Source: an uncultured Methylomirabilota bacterium
GTDB taxonomy: Bacteria; Methylomirabilota; Methylomirabilia; Methylomirabilales; 2-02-FULL-66-22
Direction: 5' to 3'
NCBI GenBank assembly: GCA_963845565.1
Contig: CAWJSJ010000003.1
Span: forward strand, 32,001-96,000
Length of the DNA: 64,000 bases
Part shown: positions 61,636-64,000 of the stretch, in pieces
How the letters are laid out: each line of letters starts with the position of its first letter
Numbering within the stretch: the stretch's first letter is position 1
Translations under genes and position numbers: made by a program
The notes under the pieces: generated by a model
The model's input: the letters and a program-made list of their open reading frames with translations, nothing else
What the model was told of the DNA's origin: nothing
The model's database searches: none

Positions 61636-61676
61636 AGCCTGCATTATTCACGAATCCTTCGCGAATAATGCAGGCT
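61636..61676. repeat. Near-perfect 19-bp hairpin, possible mini-MITE or terminator
   Basis: AGCCTGCATTATTCaCGAA-tcc-TTCGcGAATAATGCAGGCT, ending in CTAG. Confidence 0.6.
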
Positions 61677-61809
61677 AGGGTGAGCCGGAGGTGCGGCGCG
61701 TGGGAGCGTGCAGCCAGACTCTCGCGCCGTCGAATAATTGCGGAGACTCTTTCGTCCGCGAGTCGCTTAACGTGCTATACTCTCCACGGTACACACAAGG
61801 AGGTCACAC

Positions 61810-62070
61810 GTGATCGAACCCCTGGCGCAGCAGATGTTGGATCTGATCTACCACGACTCGAAGGTGCGACGACCGCATAAGGACTCGCTGGCGGACTGGA
61901 TTCTCGACACCCAGTCCCGGACTGAGCCTCTGAACACAAAAACGCTCTTGCAGTATCTCGCGGTCCATCAATCCGAAGTCCTCAGCCGGCTAAAGATCAA
62001 CGTCCGCATCAAGGACGAGATCGCCCAGGTTCTGCGGGGAGCCGATCCCGGCCAGGTCTCCCGCGACTAA
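61810..62070 (+). CDS. Hypothetical protein (86 aa)
   Basis: AAGGAGG RBS, GTG start, stop codon is the first TAA of a repeat copy. Confidence 0.7.
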   Translation: MIEPLAQQMLDLIYHDSKVRRPHKDSLADWILDTQSRTEPLNTKTLLQYLAVHQSEVLSRLKINVRIKDEIAQVLRGADPGQVSRD

Positions 62071-62172
62071 GCCGTTGTCAAAGAATTAGTTGAGCGGAGA
62101 CATTCCGAAACGGCATAAGGAGCCGTAACGAAATAGATAGAGATGTATAGGTTATTTCGTAACGGCTCCTAA
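62068..62172 (+). repeat. Dispersed ~105-bp repeat copy
   Basis: Near-identical to copy 1; begins at the stop codon of the upstream gene. Confidence 0.92.
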
Positions 62173-62352
62173 CCACGCCCTGCCCTTCACGGGGACTTGC
62201 AGCGGAGCGAAATTCGCGAGCATCCCGAGGGGCAAAGAAGCGGTTGCCAAATACGACCAACGCATCTCGCGAAACCCCCGCGGAATGATGAGGAGACGGC
62301 CGACTCGGGTCAGGAGCGCTCCGGGATCGGGGAGCATGAGAGGAGAGCAAGG

Positions 62353-62643
62353 ATGACCGGAATGTGCATTTACAAAGGGAATCGGGGCCTCGGCGCCTGC
62401 GCGGGTCCGGTGTCGAAGGTCAGGGTGGCCAGCAAACGGACTGCGGCGTGGAAAGGGCTGAACGACCTCACCGAGCGCCTGAAGGACGGAGGCGAAGAGC
62501 CGGGCGTGTGCAAAGCCCACGAGAAGCGCGCTGGGGAAAACGGCTATCTTCTCGTGGTGGACGCTCCGGCGACTCGCAACAGCGCAAAACGATCGACAGG
62601 AAAACTCAAGGGGGACGGTGCAGACCTGCGCACCGCAAAGTGA
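62353..62643 (+). CDS. Hypothetical protein, possible zinc finger
   Basis: MTGMCIY...AC...VCKAHE; AGGAG RBS. Confidence 0.5.
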   Translation: MTGMCIYKGNRGLGACAGPVSKVRVASKRTAAWKGLNDLTERLKDGGEEPGVCKAHEKRAGENGYLLVVDAPATRNSAKRSTGKLKGDGADLRTAK

Positions 62644-62869
62644 ACCCGACCCTCAAGCCACCAGTTCCTTCGGACCATCGCCATGTCGAACGCCACGTCG
62701 AAACCCCCTGAGTAGCGGCTTCCCCCCAGCTTGGCATGGGCCGAATACCGATTGACGTGGAATGGATGGGCGACGCTCGGTGGGGATGGCGTGGAGTCGT
62801 CCCCGGCCGGCGGCCCGGCCGGGGACGATAGACTGTCCGCGGAAGGAGATCCCCCCTTCCCGCAATCGT

Positions 62870-64000
<1,131 letters not shown>

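Noticed and set aside
61575..61640. c-di-GMP-I riboswitch-like words (GCAAACC...ACGTCAAAG)
   Set aside because: No GAAA tetraloop/receptor or proper P2/P3 stems

Overview
High-GC bacterial chromosomal window, mostly housekeeping: purC, gpsA, panE, gcvT-H-PA-PB, holA, rnd, transaldolase, yggS, kduI, an ldcA-serine hydrolase-mpl peptidoglycan-recycling operon, corA, pit/DUF47, an ECF-sigma/MacAB-type envelope module and the 3' part of groEL. No rRNA, tRNA or CRISPR array was recognised. Accessory or unexplained content: (1) a ~5 kb array of five type II toxin-antitoxin pairs next to purC, bracketed in part by duplicated thioesterases; (2) a ~105-bp, TAA-bounded, two-hairpin MITE-like repeat in 6 full and 2 partial copies, 7 of 8 co-oriented with local transcription; (3) an HUH/Y1 (RAYT-like) transposase enclosed by 27-bp terminal inverted repeats and abutting a truncated chromate transporter; (4) families of palindromic 7-mer and 8-mer microrepeats; (5) two selenoprotein genes missed or split by the ORF track, a two-Sec Uxx-star glutaredoxin-like protein and a Sec-MsrA, each UGA followed by a SECIS-like hairpin; (6) a terminator-containing leader ahead of a 43-aa acidic Pro-rich peptide translationally coupled to an uncharacterised Cys/His-motif protein. 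Several conserved genes carry single-base frameshifts, most likely sequencing or assembly indels. All calls are by-eye motif recognition; no searches were run.
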